From an uncultured Clostridia bacterium (lineage in GTDB: Bacteria > Bacillota > Clostridia > Christensenellales > CAG-917), in assembly GCA_947628855.1 (NCBI GenBank), contig CANRBM010000002.1, positions 4,884 to 68,883 of the forward strand: a DNA stretch of 64,000 bases, written 5' to 3'. The position numbers and the translations under genes were made by a program. Under the pieces are notes generated by a model. The model saw nothing but the letters and a program-made list of their open reading frames with translations. It ran no database searches and had not been told where the DNA came from. This document shows, in pieces, positions 62,901 through 64,000 of the stretch (positions are counted from its first letter, which is position 1; each line of letters opens with the position of its first letter).

Positions 62901-63263
62901 GTCGAAAGCGCCGAGAACGGCAAGATCGCTTGCGAGATGATGGAAAAGTCGGACGGCAAGTACGACCTCGTGCTTATGGACGTCCAGATGCCCATCATGA
63001 ACGGTTACGAGGCGTCCAAATATATACGCACTCTCCCCGACAAGAGGTTATCCGAAGTGCCGATCATTGCCATGACCGCAAACGCATTTGAAGAAGACAA
63101 AGCCAATGCGTTCGCCGCGGGTATGAACGGTCACCTTGCAAAGCCCATAGATATAGAAAAAATGCTCGCTTTGCTTGATTCCATCCTCAATGGCGAAAGC
63201 GTAGATCCTGCGACAGAAAATAAACCGCCCGGACAAAACGCAAAGGGCAACAAACAAAAATGA
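59919..63263 (+). CDS. Hybrid sensor histidine kinase with two extracytoplasmic solute-binding domains and two receiver domains
   Basis: 1114 aa. Signal/TM, two SBP_bac_3-like domains, TM (GYIAVIVAVALILLFAIAMLAV), H-box NMSHDIRTPMNAIIGF, G2 box GTGLGMAITK, REC1 IIDWAMPDMDGI, REC2 VLMDVQMPIMNGYE. Confidence 0.9.
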   Translation: MKFRRILSFTLFIVMLVSCMALVIFPLSTDVAEAASSAKTVKVGFFAFSGYHIMDESGKRSGYGYEFLQLLARYLDWEFEYVGYEKSYADSVQDLKDGKIDILTSVSWNEERGDVFLFSEKDIGTNSTIFTVKAGNTNVIKDDYTTYNGLKIGMLKGNSKNATFKDFAEKEGFTYIETFYETESELSAALASGEVDGIVSGSLRAMGDEWLIESLDPQSFYICTSKKRADGQELMDAINVAIEELDLQEPDWRNVLKNKYYSTAKNGEIIVTNEERSWIEEHKDSKLKVLFNPDRKPYSYFENGEAKGIFPALFVKMTEKLGLQYEYVQAKDRKDYYELRKSPDIDIVIDFTDDMFIAEEAGYKITDVYYTTTHTMIKRNDTKGTPTKFATVTYADNYYSGYLEHYVGDGTQYKGYNSLEESINAVKRGDCDATIALSYVAELFIWQDKNNELASELIGEASTSYTIGVNNKEGAHILLSILNKCVAGMDKGTTSSIVNAEVTKFRPNVSGGLIYFLRRNPGYIAVIVAVALILLFAIAMLAVRSVNQRRLKQKIAEATSQLEAQKEELAQALHAADAANRSKTTFLNNMSHDIRTPMNAIIGFTALATTHLDNRERALDYLGKISQASNHLLSLINDVLDMSRIESGKVHIDERPENLADILQGIRNIIQSDIHSKHLELFIDIVDVTNEEIYCDKLRLNQILLNLTSNAIKFTKSGGSVAIKVTQKPSEKEGFGKYEFSVKDTGIGMSKEFVSTVFDPFTRERNSTVSGIQGTGLGMAITKNIVDMMGGEITVESEQGVGTEFCVKLEFKFADADEELMSLNELHGLYSLVVDDDLVSCQSVSKMLRDIGMHAEWTMTGKEAVVRTAEAIELGHPFEVYIIDWAMPDMDGIATVKQIRAIIGNESPIILMSAYDWADIEKEAREAGVTGFVSKPLFASDLHRALERSLGKAPAPVEPEVVNRSFKGKRILLAEDNELNREIAEEILTEAGFEVESAENGKIACEMMEKSDGKYDLVLMDVQMPIMNGYEASKYIRTLPDKRLSEVPIIAMTANAFEEDKANAFAAGMNGHLAKPIDIEKMLALLDSILNGESVDPATENKPPGQNAKGNKQK

Positions 63264-63273
63264 TTTCGTCAAT

Positions 63274-63306
63274 AAAAAGCCGTCCTGTCAAAGGGACGGC
63301 TTTTAT
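63274..63306. terminator. Bidirectional intrinsic terminator
   Basis: AAAAA-GCCGTCC-TGTCAAAG-GGACGGC-TTTT lies between the convergent kinase and gtrA-like genes. Confidence 0.75.
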
Positions 63307-63389
63307 TGTATGGAAGTGTCAAAATTCTTGTGCGCATTTGACGTGATCAACACATTTTAAGCTTGATCTTCGATGCTTATTTCATATCG

Positions 63390-63989
63390 TCAGTCGAGGG
63401 GTTTGTCGTCGAGCACATCCGCGGCGGGTTGAGAGACGAGCTCTGCCATGGCGGGCTCTGTTTCGGGAGCGAGGTCCGATCCGGCGGCGAGCTCGGCGGC
63501 GCGCGCTTTTTCCTCGTTGGCTTTTTTGATCTTTCCGCCCCAATCGCGCATTACGAAGAATTTGTTGCCGAGGAAGTTTACGATGAGCGCGGCGATGCCC
63601 GCTACGGCTTGCCCTGTGATGTTAAACACGGAAGAGAGCAATTCGTTCGCGTCGGGGACGGCCTTTTGACACGCCGACGTGACGACTCCGCCGAGGTAGG
63701 TCTGCATAATGATGATGAGTATCGCCATTACAGCGTACATTATGGCGCGCATCACGAGGTAGTTTGGCACATTGAAAGTCTTTTTGCGGTTTAGCGCAAA
63801 CGTGAGCGCCTGTCCTATAACTGAACCGACCAGGAAACCTATAAATTCGCCCGTGGTGGGATATGCAAACAAAAACCAGGAGAACGAGGGTTTGAGCGAG
63901 GGGATGAGGTTGAGCAGGAGCGGCAATACGAGCGTGATGATAAATTGCGTACCGCCGCAGATCAAACTGAACATAAAAAACATTACCAT
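63390..63989 (-). CDS. GtrA-family membrane protein with a C-terminal cytoplasmic tail
   Basis: 199 aa. Four TM segments. FALNRKKTFN motif typical of GtrA-like proteins. The start is near the window edge and could lie upstream. Confidence 0.65.
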   Translation of the reverse strand: MVMFFMFSLICGGTQFIITLVLPLLLNLIPSLKPSFSWFLFAYPTTGEFIGFLVGSVIGQALTFALNRKKTFNVPNYLVMRAIMYAVMAILIIIMQTYLGGVVTSACQKAVPDANELLSSVFNITGQAVAGIAALIVNFLGNKFFVMRDWGGKIKKANEEKARAAELAAGSDLAPETEPAMAELVSQPAADVLDDKPLD

Positions 63990-64000
63990 CTGCCTTATGT

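Overview
This 64-kb window looks like chromosomal DNA from a spore-forming Bacillota (Clostridia-like) genome. The taxonomic call rests on yyaC, dnaG-rpoD-trmK-nif3 synteny and lipoprotein signals. I call about 40 protein genes and one tRNA. Hand-counted 60-nt lines give roughly 55-60% GC in core genes and about 38-40% in two accessory stretches.

The backbone is housekeeping: holB (partial)-tmk, a GH5 lipoprotein, leuS, serS, an M28 peptidase, ftsH, cysS, yyaC, a cvpA-like gene, pdxK, a NUDIX hydrolase, dut, csoR-copA-copZ, dnaG-rpoD-trmK-nif3 plus a zinc-ribbon protein, a GH2 beta-galactosidase, a hypoxanthine-DNA-glycosylase-family gene, a GH27 alpha-galactosidase, tRNA-Arg(CCT), nrdD plus a trxB-like gene, luxS, a hybrid sensor kinase and a gtrA-like gene.

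Stand-out content:
1. A low-GC islet (34.4-36.1 kb) carries a three-gene MqsR-like toxin / MqsA-like antitoxin / SecB-like chaperone (TAC) module with a consensus promoter and a candidate operator.
2. A 15.4-kb, translationally coupled locus (39.9-55.2 kb) encodes a 2924-aa surface repeat protein, a small lipoprotein, an ABC ATPase, a 582-aa exporter-type permease and a 1096-aa Big_2/beta-helix-like protein. Its function is unknown. It lies downstream of tRNA-Arg, whose 3' end is duplicated.
3. Upstream of that locus sits a small promoter-to-terminator unit with tandem operator-like palindromes and a G10 tract inside a 45-codon ORF.
4. A modular family of intergenic repeats carrying bidirectional terminator-like hairpins occupies seven intergenic regions.
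5. NrdD is fused to a C-terminal glutaredoxin-like domain and sits next to a TrxB homologue that lacks the NADPH-binding motifs.
6. A 1555-aa acidic, N-anchored protein with about 12 degenerate repeats follows the cvpA-like gene.

I found no integrase, transposase, CRISPR array, rRNA or T-box leader. All calls come from reading the sequence and the ORF track. No database search was run.
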